The translations under genes were made by a program, and so were the position numbers. Below are positions 1 to 8,341 of a stretch of DNA of 64,000 nt, piece after piece; position 1 is the first letter of the stretch; every line of letters begins with the position of its first letter. Location: positions 384,001 through 448,000 of the forward strand of contig CAVZSV010000004.1 of assembly GCA_963778115.1 (NCBI GenBank), written 5' to 3'. The notes under the pieces were generated by a model, which saw only the letters and a list, made by a program, of their open reading frames with translations, was not told the origin of the DNA and searched no databases. This DNA comes from an uncultured delta proteobacterium (GTDB taxonomy: Bacteria; Bdellovibrionota; FAC87; UBA2466).

Positions 1-2
1 TA

Positions 3-470
3 AATCTCGATACCCTGGTCCTAGAAGATCGCAAAGGTCCTATCCCTACGGTGAAAGACTATGAATTGGAAGAAGGCGGTTTTATCGGACGTGGCGCCTA
101 CGGCGGCGACTATGGAAGCATCGTCTGTGTCGATAAGAACGGAGACGGAAAGGCTCTCCCGGCGCAGGGGAGTGACAATACCTCACTCGCTCGCATTGAC
201 GATTGGGCATGGTTTTTCGGATCCCAAACGCTACAAAGAGTGAGTCTCAAAAATTGTGAGCTAGATCCCAAGAACTATTTTGCGAACACGCGTCTTATTC
301 AGCTCTCGGAATTGAACTGGGTGCTAGGCGATTTCTTAAAATTGAATGGAACTAGCGATCGCGGATTGCCCACGACGGTTCATTTAACCGCCGCAGGTTC
401 GTTGATACAGATAAATTCTCAAGCCGTTACCGTCGAACATCCGATCGACTTGAAATGGGATTTACCGTAG
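3..470 (+). CDS. Hypothetical protein, C-terminal part (5' end outside window)
   Basis: The frame of ORF 51..470 is open back to position 3 (NLDTLVLEDRKGPIPTVKDY...). No family motif recognised. Confidence 0.6.
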   Translation, partial: NLDTLVLEDRKGPIPTVKDYELEEGGFIGRGAYGGDYGSIVCVDKNGDGKALPAQGSDNTSLARIDDWAWFFGSQTLQRVSLKNCELDPKNYFANTRLIQLSELNWVLGDFLKLNGTSDRGLPTTVHLTAAGSLIQINSQAVTVEHPIDLKWDLP

Positions 471-483
471 GCATCTGACTTCA

Positions 484-519
484 ATTTCCGGCGTCCGTTC
501 TTTGAACGGCGCCGGAAAT
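484..519. terminator. Hairpin between convergent genes, likely bidirectional intrinsic terminator
   Basis: ATTTCCGGCG(T)CCGTTC-TTT-GAACGGCGCCGGAAAT inverted repeat between the stops at 470 and 524. Confidence 0.75.
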
Positions 520-523
520 CGTT

Positions 524-1120
524 TCATCTTAGAAAACAGTCCTTCGCATGGTCATTCACCATTCCGACAGCCTGCATGAAAGCATAGCAGATAGTGCCAC
601 CCACAAACCGAAACCCGCGCTTTTTAAGCGCTTTGCTCATGACTTCACTAGCCGCAAGCGCTTTCGATGGCGTGGTAGGATTGCCCCCCACGAACTCCCA
701 AAGATACTTATCGAAACTTCCAAACTCTTTTTGAACTTGTAGGTAGGCTTTGGCATTTTCAACTACCGCATCGATCTTAAGCCGATTTCGTACAATCCCT
801 TCATTCTTAAGCAGAGAAGCTTTCTTGGCGGCGTCATACTTAACGATCTTCTTCGCATTAAAGCGATCGAACGCTTTGCGATAATTCTCTCGTTTCTTTA
901 AGATGGTAATCCAACTAAGCCCCGCCTGGGCCCCCTCAAGATTTATCATTTCAAAGAGTAAGCGGTCATCGTGAACGGGAACTCCCCACTCCTCGTCGTG
1001 ATAAGCGACATAAAGTTTATCCGATTCACACCAGTGGCACCTTACGATTTTCTTTGCGTTTGGCTTTTTCACGGAAATCATCTTAACCGAGAAGGCGTAT
1101 GCCCGACAACTCAACTCCAT
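524..1120 (-). CDS. tag: DNA-3-methyladenine glycosylase I (true start may be ~1081)
   Basis: RCHW...YHDEEWGVP, LEGAQAGLSWITIL, IVRNRLKI, GFRFVG..ICYAFMQAVGMVNDH...C motifs. Confidence 0.95.
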   Translation of the reverse strand: MELSCRAYAFSVKMISVKKPNAKKIVRCHWCESDKLYVAYHDEEWGVPVHDDRLLFEMINLEGAQAGLSWITILKKRENYRKAFDRFNAKKIVKYDAAKKASLLKNEGIVRNRLKIDAVVENAKAYLQVQKEFGSFDKYLWEFVGGNPTTPSKALAASEVMSKALKKRGFRFVGGTICYAFMQAVGMVNDHAKDCFLR

Positions 1121-1142
1121 ATAAAGCCTTAAGAGAAAGCTT

Positions 1143-1172
1143 CGCCAGAGAAACGCACTAGTTTCTCTGGCG
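1143..1172 (-). terminator. Terminator hairpin downstream of the Tyr/Gly-rich operon
   Basis: Perfect 12-bp stem CGCCAGAGAAAC/GTTTCTCTGGCG, 25 nt past the stop at 1198. Confidence 0.7.
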
Positions 1173-1197
1173 GCTTATTTAGATAGAGGGCGTTTAA

Positions 1198-1683
1198 TTA
1201 ATAATGGCGTTCGAAATTCTGCTGATTATCGTACCCCTTTTTGATCGTGCGCTCACCTTCATACCGCCCGTATTTATAGACCGCCCCTTTCACGGTCACT
1301 TCCCCTAGTTGGCGGTTATACCCTTGCTCCGAAATGGGAACGAACCGTTCAGGCTCCGCGTACTGAGTCACGGGATAGTCACAAGAGGGAACCGCAGGAC
1401 CATAAACCTCGCGAACCGGATACGGATAGTAATCCTTTGCCGGATGGTAACCCGTCGCTGAATGGTAAGAGCCCGGCGCGCCGTCACCATAATAGCCTTC
1501 GCCCCACGCGCGGGGAGCGGGAACGGCTCCGCCATAATATTCTTGCGCATAACCCGGATAACACCGGGGTGCTGCTACTTGGTAGGGGCCATAATAAGGA
1601 CCGAACGGATATCTGGCCTGCGCTTCGGTCGCAACACCCGAAGCAAATACGACGCCCAGAAATAATAAACCGACTTGTCTCAT
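1198..1683 (-). CDS. Exported Tyr/Gly/Pro-rich protein (161 aa)
   Basis: ATG at 1683 with an AGAGGAG SD. Signal peptide MRQVGLLFLGVVFASGVATEAQA, then a Y/G/P-rich body. The ORF-track start at 1851 lies inside the upstream gene. Confidence 0.8.
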   Translation of the reverse strand: MRQVGLLFLGVVFASGVATEAQARYPFGPYYGPYQVAAPRCYPGYAQEYYGGAVPAPRAWGEGYYGDGAPGSYHSATGYHPAKDYYPYPVREVYGPAVPSCDYPVTQYAEPERFVPISEQGYNRQLGEVTVKGAVYKYGRYEGERTIKKGYDNQQNFERHY

Positions 1684-1693
1684 GTTTTTCACA

Positions 1694-2698
1694 CTACTCT
1701 CCTCTACCTTTTTGTGGTTGATCCGATGCCTGCCCCCCATGGGCAATCTTTTGGTTAATCTTTTCTTGAATAGAGTCGCCCGTCGCTGGATCGTACTGCC
1801 CCTTAATCTCTTTAAAGAGTTCCGAAGCTTCGGAAGTCTTGCCGGCGGCAATTAGAGCGTTTACTCGAGAGGCTCGAAAGTCGACTTTATCTTGGGCCAT
1901 CCGAGGAGCCTCAAGATCGTTGTCCTTAAGTTTTTGGATATTCTGATCCACTAGCCGTTCCGCTTGTGCATATTCCTCGGCTGCTTTCAACGGCTGCCCT
2001 TGCGAACCATAAAGCTTTGCTAGTCTATCGTGGACTTGGGGATCGCTATCCCCGACCTGGCGCGCCCCCTCAAAGGCCTGCGCCGCTTCCGCCGGTTTTC
2101 CCATCTGCATGTAGAGGTCACCCAGAGCCAGATTCGATTCGAATGGGTTGGGGCTACTTTCAGACGCGCGCTTTAGGGTCTCCAAAGCCGCATTCTTGTC
2201 CGTCATTGAGTAAACGCTCTCTACCAATCCATTGAATGCTCTAAGATCGCCTGGCCTTAACTGGTCGGCCCTTTGATAGAGTTCCGCGGCCTTGGTGGGA
2301 TTTTGAACTACCTTTAGATAAAATTCCGCGGAGTCCATCAACAATTGACTATTATCGGGAGCACTCTCAAGGGCCGCATCGACTTGTGCAATGGCCTCTT
2401 TGGTTTTTCCGCGCGCGATTAGGTCAGCGGCGTTATCGATCAGTTCCCTGGCAAGCGAAGACTTCGAATCGTTCACTTTCTGCGCAAAGGAGACACCGGC
2501 ACGAGGCCGACTCACTTCGCGGGGAGCAGGAGGGGAGCTTTCAGCGCAAGCAAGGGCCTTTCCGTTGGCATCAGGATATTTTCGGACAAGCTCTTGCCCG
2601 TTCTGTTTGCTCGTAACGGAATATCTCCCCACGAGAAAAGAAACCAACGCCACTAGGACTATCGCGACCGCTTTTACTGCCGGTACGACTCGCATCAC
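1694..2698 (-). CDS. TPR-repeat protein with N-terminal membrane anchor
   Basis: N-terminal hydrophobic helix. Repeated TPR-like units (EAIAQVDAALESAPDN, LALGDLYMQMGKPAEAAQAFE, LAKLYGSQGQPLKAAEEY). Confidence 0.85.
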   Translation of the reverse strand: MMRVVPAVKAVAIVLVALVSFLVGRYSVTSKQNGQELVRKYPDANGKALACAESSPPAPREVSRPRAGVSFAQKVNDSKSSLARELIDNAADLIARGKTKEAIAQVDAALESAPDNSQLLMDSAEFYLKVVQNPTKAAELYQRADQLRPGDLRAFNGLVESVYSMTDKNAALETLKRASESSPNPFESNLALGDLYMQMGKPAEAAQAFEGARQVGDSDPQVHDRLAKLYGSQGQPLKAAEEYAQAERLVDQNIQKLKDNDLEAPRMAQDKVDFRASRVNALIAAGKTSEASELFKEIKGQYDPATGDSIQEKINQKIAHGGQASDQPQKGRGE

Positions 2699-2702
2699 TT
2701 CT

Positions 2703-3479
2703 TTAGTCCTCCTCTTCTCTGCTCACCACCGCAAAAGGAAACACCTCTTCCGCAAGGGGACCTATCCTCGGTTTTGCCCATCCCTGAAGGCTCACTACCA
2801 GATCGGTGGTCTGCTCGAAAGCAAGGCCAGCGGGCTCTCCCTCTATCAAACGCTCCGCAAAATGATCGAGCTCCTTTTGCGTAGAAAATAGAAAGACGTA
2901 AGCATTGGGAGCTTTAGCCGCTTCTTTGAGGGGGGCCCCTTCATTGGTATCGCGCCGTTGCCTTTCCCCGCCTCGTGAATCGGAAGTGTAGGTATAGGAT
3001 CGCGAATACGACCGAGTGGTCGAATTTCCCGTGCGATTATAAGTTTGAAAAGAGCTGCGTTGTGAAGCGATTTGCTCTCGTGCTGACCACAGCTTCTCCC
3101 GCTGCCCATCCCACTTCACAATGACTTTGCTTTTGAAGTTGGAATAAAAGGGCGACGGCATGGGTGGAAAGTAGCCGTAAGGCTGAACCTCAGGAAAAAA
3201 TTCTCTGGGATATCCTTCGGTGGTAAGAGAGAGGGTAAAACCGCTTGGTGCTGTTTCAAAAAGCGGAATGCCAATCTTTTTCTTGCTCTTTCTAAAGTAT
3301 TTGGAATCAAAAACCAAAACCCCTTCATTCAAGAGAGGATCGTCTCCCAGGGCTTCAATTAATTTCGTTACCGCACGACCTACCACCTCTTCGCGAGAAA
3401 ATTTTGGTCCCGATGGCGGATCGCCATAAGCAGCAAAATTCAGCAAGAGAACGGAACCGACCAGTAAAAGCGTTTTCAT
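2703..3479 (-). CDS. Exported hypothetical protein
   Basis: Signal peptide MKTLLLVGSVLLLNFAAYG. S/Y/T/R-rich segment. 4-nt gap to the next gene. Confidence 0.75.
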   Translation of the reverse strand: MKTLLLVGSVLLLNFAAYGDPPSGPKFSREEVVGRAVTKLIEALGDDPLLNEGVLVFDSKYFRKSKKKIGIPLFETAPSGFTLSLTTEGYPREFFPEVQPYGYFPPMPSPFYSNFKSKVIVKWDGQREKLWSAREQIASQRSSFQTYNRTGNSTTRSYSRSYTYTSDSRGGERQRRDTNEGAPLKEAAKAPNAYVFLFSTQKELDHFAERLIEGEPAGLAFEQTTDLVVSLQGWAKPRIGPLAEEVFPFAVVSREEED

Positions 3480-3499
3480 GGGAGCCCCTCTACATCATG

Positions 3500-3545
3500 G
3501 AGAGCTCGCCCGAAGTGGCGACTCGCAACTGCGGGCGAACCTCTC
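3500..3545 (-). terminator. Intercistronic hairpin after the first operon gene
   Basis: GAGAG/CTCTC and TCGCCCG/CGGGCGA arms. No clear U-tract. Confidence 0.45.
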
Positions 3546-3572
3546 GTTAATATCGCTTCGAATTACTGGTCT

Positions 3573-3947
3573 TTAATAACCGCCGTAATACGACGAAGGA
3601 TAATAGGGCTGATAACCGGGACGGTAACCGCCGGGATAGGAGTTGTCGTAGTCCGTACGCCACCCTTTGTAATTGTCCCATCCTTGGGTCCGCGTACCGT
3701 ACCCACCAGGAACTCCGTATTCCACGCGGGAACTTCCTACATCGTGATAGTAGCCTGAGGTCCATCCCCATTCCCGAGAGCTACTGTAACTACTTCCATA
3801 GCTACCATAGTAGCCAGGAGCACAAGGATAGTAACCGGGGCCCGACTCGTAAGGACCATAATACGGGGGATAAGCTAATACCGATCCGGCGCCCATCCCT
3901 AAAACGAATCCCAAAAGAGCCAACTTGAATAACATTCGTGACAACAT
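3573..3947 (-). CDS. Exported Tyr/Gly/Ser-rich low-complexity protein
   Basis: AGGGAGG SD 6 nt before the ATG at 3947. Signal peptide ending SVLA. Mature part is about one quarter Tyr and one fifth Gly. Confidence 0.85.
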   Translation of the reverse strand: MLSRMLFKLALLGFVLGMGAGSVLAYPPYYGPYESGPGYYPCAPGYYGSYGSSYSSSREWGWTSGYYHDVGSSRVEYGVPGGYGTRTQGWDNYKGWRTDYDNSYPGGYRPGYQPYYPSSYYGGY

Positions 3948-3978
3948 TACCAACCTCCCTAAACATTTTGAATTAATA

Positions 3979-3993
3979 GCAATGCCCTCACCA
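3979..3993 (-). promoter_or_regulatory. Putative sigma54 -24/-12 promoter
   Basis: Minus strand TGGTGAGGGCATTGC(T) = GG-N10-GC with TTGCT, just upstream of the SD of the gene at 3947. The -24 box is an imperfect match. Confidence 0.5.
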
Positions 3994-4173
3994 CTTCGAT
4001 TTATGCATTGCGCAATGGTTAATCACTAGCTAGGGCGGTTCAGCCGGGCAAACAGTAAAACTTTTTCTTTCGAAACCCTTGGGAAGAGCGCTGAGAAGAT
4101 TTTTGAGCGCTATTTAGCGGATGGGTTACTTAAGAAAGGCTGATAAAATAGGGGCATCTTGACCAGCGAACCG

Positions 4174-4386
4174 ATGGCTAAACAAAAATTAATTAGAGCC
4201 TTAGTAATCTTTTTTCTAACGACGATAGTTGCGGCATGTGCCGAGCCTCAAACCGTAAGGACAGCTAATCCGGTAACGGGTCAAACTCCAGAGAAACTTC
4301 AACCCTATATTCCAGGCTGCCCCCCGGGATGGGCACCCAATCCCAACGGCGTGTGTTTGGACGGACATGCTTATCCGCATTATTAA
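4174..4386 (+). CDS. Small lipoprotein with C-terminal Cys pair
   Basis: MAKQKLIRALVIFFLTTIVAAC lipobox-like signal. C-terminal CPPGWAPNPNGVC. Alternative TTG start at 4159. Confidence 0.7.
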   Translation: MAKQKLIRALVIFFLTTIVAACAEPQTVRTANPVTGQTPEKLQPYIPGCPPGWAPNPNGVCLDGHAYPHY

Positions 4387-4472
4387 AGAGCAGGCCCGAG
4401 CTCTGGCGGTCTGATTTGCTGTCCTAAGTAATAGGCTAGACCACGGGAACCTCTTCTGATAAATCCGAAAGG

Positions 4473-5453
4473 TTGCTGAGGGTAATATTCTTAATCTTAT
4501 TATGGGGACTAGGCCCCCCGTGGATAGCTTCGCGGGCGTGTGCCCAAGACGAAGACTGTGCCGATTACGTTTCTGACTTCGCTCGAGGGCTAGAGACGAT
4601 CGATCCTTTAGTGCTTTCGGCTATCTATGGAAATCAGATCCTGTTTTCGGATGTCGTCTTCAACCGCAGCATGCGGCTCCAAGGCTCGACGTCGCAAATC
4701 CAAAAAACCGGTCCCGATGCCTTTTTTGACCCCAAAGTGGTCGCCGATCCCAGAGACTGGCAGCAAAGTCTTTCCCGCTTTTATTCCATCGCCATCCAAC
4801 GAGAATTGGACTCCATTGGCTTTGGCGCCTACGCCGCTCGGGACTTTCGCGATCAAATCAATGGCAAATCCGCGAGCCCGGGGTTGGTCGTCATCTTTTG
4901 GCCCGAGGCCGAAAAGATCGACGCTCTACTACATCACTTGGAACGCTCCCGAGAGTTAAAAGGGCTGCCTAGGCTTTTGATCGTTAGCGATGCCCATCCT
5001 TCCTCTCCCAAACTAGAACCACAGATCACTCGGATGATCCATTATGAGGGAGGCCCCTATCCCGATTTCGCGGATCTAAAAGTACGTCCCCAGAGTAATA
5101 GCGCCTATCCGGTTTACGTACTGGGAGGTCCCTGCGCCCAGAGTATGGGGAATTTTTTTGGCGGGCTATTGCGTCCCGTGTTGGACGAATACCCCCTAGA
5201 AGTCTTAGAGATATATTTCCATGTCGATTTCGCTTACGTGAACGAACAGCTCCCCAAAGGGAGGATTCACCGAACCCCGGTAGCCACTTACCTCTCTAGC
5301 CTTCCCGCGGTTCCCCGATTTTGTAGACCTTTCGTTCCCCAATTGGGAACTTTTCTAAATCCCCCGGAATGCAATTTAGAATTTGGAAGTTATCCCAATT
5401 ACCATTTCGAGCGCGACGATCATAAGAAAATCTTCGTCGATTTTTATCACTAG
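4473..5453 (+). CDS. Exported hypothetical protein
   Basis: 326-aa ORF with a hydrophobic N-terminal signal. No family recognised. Confidence 0.7.
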   Translation: MLRVIFLILLWGLGPPWIASRACAQDEDCADYVSDFARGLETIDPLVLSAIYGNQILFSDVVFNRSMRLQGSTSQIQKTGPDAFFDPKVVADPRDWQQSLSRFYSIAIQRELDSIGFGAYAARDFRDQINGKSASPGLVVIFWPEAEKIDALLHHLERSRELKGLPRLLIVSDAHPSSPKLEPQITRMIHYEGGPYPDFADLKVRPQSNSAYPVYVLGGPCAQSMGNFFGGLLRPVLDEYPLEVLEIYFHVDFAYVNEQLPKGRIHRTPVATYLSSLPAVPRFCRPFVPQLGTFLNPPECNLEFGSYPNYHFERDDHKKIFVDFYH

Positions 5454-5467
5454 ATGTCGTTAGTATC

Positions 5468-6613
5468 TTATCTTGCTAGAAACTCTTTGGCGGTGGCTAA
5501 GTGAAGTTGCGGATCCATCCTCAGACGAAGTTCTTCATAGATGGCGCGAATTTTTGATTTCGGCATTTTCGAAATCTTCTTAGCCTCTCGAAGCAAAGCA
5601 CGCCTGTCGTTGGTCATGGGAAAATAACCACTAATATCTTTCGTTACGGGTTTAAGAGTCCCAATACAAGGAACCCCAAAATACGCCGAGTCGAGCGCTT
5701 TGATCGAAAACGCACCATCCTGAACTTCGGCACTCTTGTAGAGGAGTAATGAGACATCGAGCCTTTTCCATACTTCTAGAGTTTGCGTGCGGTGGGCGAA
5801 AGGAAAATAGATAAAGTTAGCATATTTCTTAAGTCGTTCGATCTCTTGGCCTCCTCTTATATCGGTCCTTCCCATAAGGACGAATCCCCAATCGGGCAGT
5901 TGCTGAACAAACCATTCAAACAGTTCGAAATCAAAGCGAGAGAAATGGCAGCCGCCGATAAAACCCATCCTGCGTTCGGGAAAATCACTCGGAAAGGGGT
6001 TCGCTCCACTGGAGGTTTCTTGGGGAGGGGGAACAAAGGGAGGAGGTAACCATATTGTCTTCTCCTTCCATCTCTCAGCCATCACTCGCTCTGCAAGGGA
6101 GTTCTGACAGAGAATCACTTTGGCTCTTTTACACAAATGACCTTCGGTTTTGTGCCGGTAAGGATCGTCAAATACCGAATAGATATCTACATAAGGAAGT
6201 CGTTGAATTAGCGCTTCATCCCACCCGCCCTGCACCCAAACGACGGGATCTCCTCCTAGATGATCTATCTCCCGTTGAATAGAAGCAGAGCCCCTCCACA
6301 GGTTAAGCCGTTCTATCATTTCGAATCGGTGCCCTGGTAATCGCGAAAAGCGTTTCACTTTGAGTAAAGAAGAAGGATGGTCGATTCGCGGATTTCCGGG
6401 CTCGACACCGTCTAGCCAAGTCACAGGAATTGCTTCTCTGACCAAAGCATATGCTAACGACTGTTGAGGAAAGGGAAATTCGTCCCAAAAGGAACAGTAA
6501 CTTAAAAAAAGGACTCCCCCGCGCTTTCTATAATAATCTAACGCGTCGTGATATCGATCTTTCAGCGAGACTTTCGTCTTACTTTTTAGTGCCGTGGTTC
6601 GTGGGGACCCCAT
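5468..6613 (-). CDS. Glycosyltransferase, GT-B fold (TuaH/GT4-like)
   Basis: MGFIGG...FDFELF...PDWGFVLMG, LDVSLLLY, SIKALDSAYFGVPCIGT resemble a GT-B C-terminal domain. Confidence 0.75.
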   Translation of the reverse strand: MGSPRTTALKSKTKVSLKDRYHDALDYYRKRGGVLFLSYCSFWDEFPFPQQSLAYALVREAIPVTWLDGVEPGNPRIDHPSSLLKVKRFSRLPGHRFEMIERLNLWRGSASIQREIDHLGGDPVVWVQGGWDEALIQRLPYVDIYSVFDDPYRHKTEGHLCKRAKVILCQNSLAERVMAERWKEKTIWLPPPFVPPPQETSSGANPFPSDFPERRMGFIGGCHFSRFDFELFEWFVQQLPDWGFVLMGRTDIRGGQEIERLKKYANFIYFPFAHRTQTLEVWKRLDVSLLLYKSAEVQDGAFSIKALDSAYFGVPCIGTLKPVTKDISGYFPMTNDRRALLREAKKISKMPKSKIRAIYEELRLRMDPQLHLATAKEFLAR

Positions 6614-6715
6614 GTCAGGATCATCGGTTAATAATCAGGCTATCTTGACCTCGCTACGAGCCTCAAAAGTTCCTTCGTTCGACTCGGTCTTAACGCCTAG
6701 AATCATGGCAGTTAC

Positions 6716-8341
6716 TTGACTTCATCTGGGAACCGGATAACTGATGAAGATAGGTGGGGGTGTAACATTAAAAATCTAATTTCTCTAAAATTCGTCTCAA
6801 ACAAAACTCAATCAGCGTTAAATCGAAACGTAAGTGTGTTGGCCTTAGGTCTGTTGGCGTTAAGCACTTTGGCCACGGCAAGACCGCTGCATCGGACCAT
6901 GCCTTCGTTACGAACGCATGCCAAATCGCTGTGTACGTTTCCCGATGGCTCAAGTCCAAAGGGGCAACCGGAAATGCATTGTGCTGATGTTTCGACTTTC
7001 CTACAAGCGTATGGAATCGACAAAGTCCATCAATCAGGCTTGACCGGCAAAGGCCAGACCCTCATCTTTGTGGACTCTTATGGAAGTCCTACTCTTCAGG
7101 CCGATTTGGATCACTTTAGTGACACCTTCGGACTTCCTAAAACGACCATCCAATTTATTTATCCGAACGGAACCTATACCAATCCCCTTTCGACGACAGA
7201 TCAAGTGGGTTGGGCGCAAGAGACTACTTTGGACTTGGAATGGGCGCATGCCGTGGCTCCCGATGCGGCACTGGTGAATATCGTCACTAGTAGTGATGAA
7301 ACTTACGGAATGAATGGATTGCAGGATATTTTCAATGGCATACAAATGGCCGTGAAACAATATCCCCACGCCATTATCTCCATGAGTTTCGGAACGGGCG
7401 AAGCGACTTTCGAAGCCGCGGATATCAAAGCCTCTCTGCAAGGGACTTTTCATCAAATTTTGCAAGATGGAACCAACGCGGATTTCACATTCCTAGCCTC
7501 AGCGGGTGATTCGGGATCGGCGGAAACTAACATTGGCCAAACGAGTTTTCTAAACTTCGCCAATGCAAGCTATCCAGCAAGCGATCCTTTAATTACAGCC
7601 GTGGGCGGGACCGCTCTGCAATCCGGATGGGCCTGGAATCCCGAAGGGACTGCCGACGATTATTGGGCATGTCAGCTAGCGGGGACCTCGCCTTGCCCAA
7701 AGGATTTTCTGAAATCCTCCGAAGGCGGAACTAAAGTAACCGAAAGTGTTTGGAAAGAAGATTGGGCACTGGCGGCCGGTGGAGGCGGAATCTCCACTAT
7801 CTTCTCGACGCCCAACTTCCAAGAAGGGTTGGACGGAAACGTTCAAAAACTCGTAAACGGATACCGTGCTATTCCCGATGTGGCTTACCACGCTGCCATC
7901 AATGGCGGAGTGGAAGTCTATACGAGCTTTAAAGCTACAAGTTTTGGCGCCCCAGGGCCGACCTGGCAAAACTTCGGCGGCACAAGCTGTGCGTCTCCTG
8001 AAACCGCTGGACTGGTAGCACTGGCCGGCGAGCTCGCCAGCCAGCAGATGGGAAAATCAGTAGGTATCGGGGCTTTGAATCCCATTATCTATTCGCTACC
8101 CAACGGCGACTTCAACGATATCGTTTCGCAAACGATTGGAACCGATAATCAAGTCGTCCTCGGAGACAACGGACTTTATTTCAATCAAGATCTTTTGGCC
8201 GCACTGGGACCGGCTAAAGTGACACCTGTCGCGGTTGCTGGATTTGCGACCACGGAAGGTTTTGATTTAGCGACCGGGTTCGGTTCGCCAGTCGCCGCTA
8301 AATTTGTGCAAGACGTCGCAGCGGCTCGCGCCGCGCGCTAA
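6716..8341 (+). CDS. S53 (sedolisin/kumamolisin-like) serine protease, exported; start uncertain
   Basis: ETTLDLEW (Glu/Asp), SAGDSG oxyanion Asp, GGTSCASP nucleophile, GFDLATGFGS Ca-site motif. Confidence 0.92.
   Translation: MTSSGNRITDEDRWGCNIKNLISLKFVSNKTQSALNRNVSVLALGLLALSTLATARPLHRTMPSLRTHAKSLCTFPDGSSPKGQPEMHCADVSTFLQAYGIDKVHQSGLTGKGQTLIFVDSYGSPTLQADLDHFSDTFGLPKTTIQFIYPNGTYTNPLSTTDQVGWAQETTLDLEWAHAVAPDAALVNIVTSSDETYGMNGLQDIFNGIQMAVKQYPHAIISMSFGTGEATFEAADIKASLQGTFHQILQDGTNADFTFLASAGDSGSAETNIGQTSFLNFANASYPASDPLITAVGGTALQSGWAWNPEGTADDYWACQLAGTSPCPKDFLKSSEGGTKVTESVWKEDWALAAGGGGISTIFSTPNFQEGLDGNVQKLVNGYRAIPDVAYHAAINGGVEVYTSFKATSFGAPGPTWQNFGGTSCASPETAGLVALAGELASQQMGKSVGIGALNPIIYSLPNGDFNDIVSQTIGTDNQVVLGDNGLYFNQDLLAALGPAKVTPVAVAGFATTEGFDLATGFGSPVAAKFVQDVAAARAAR

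Noticed and set aside
1684..1851. N-terminal extension of the 217-aa ORF
   Set aside because: It lies within the TPR gene. The signal peptide and SD point to the ATG at 1683.
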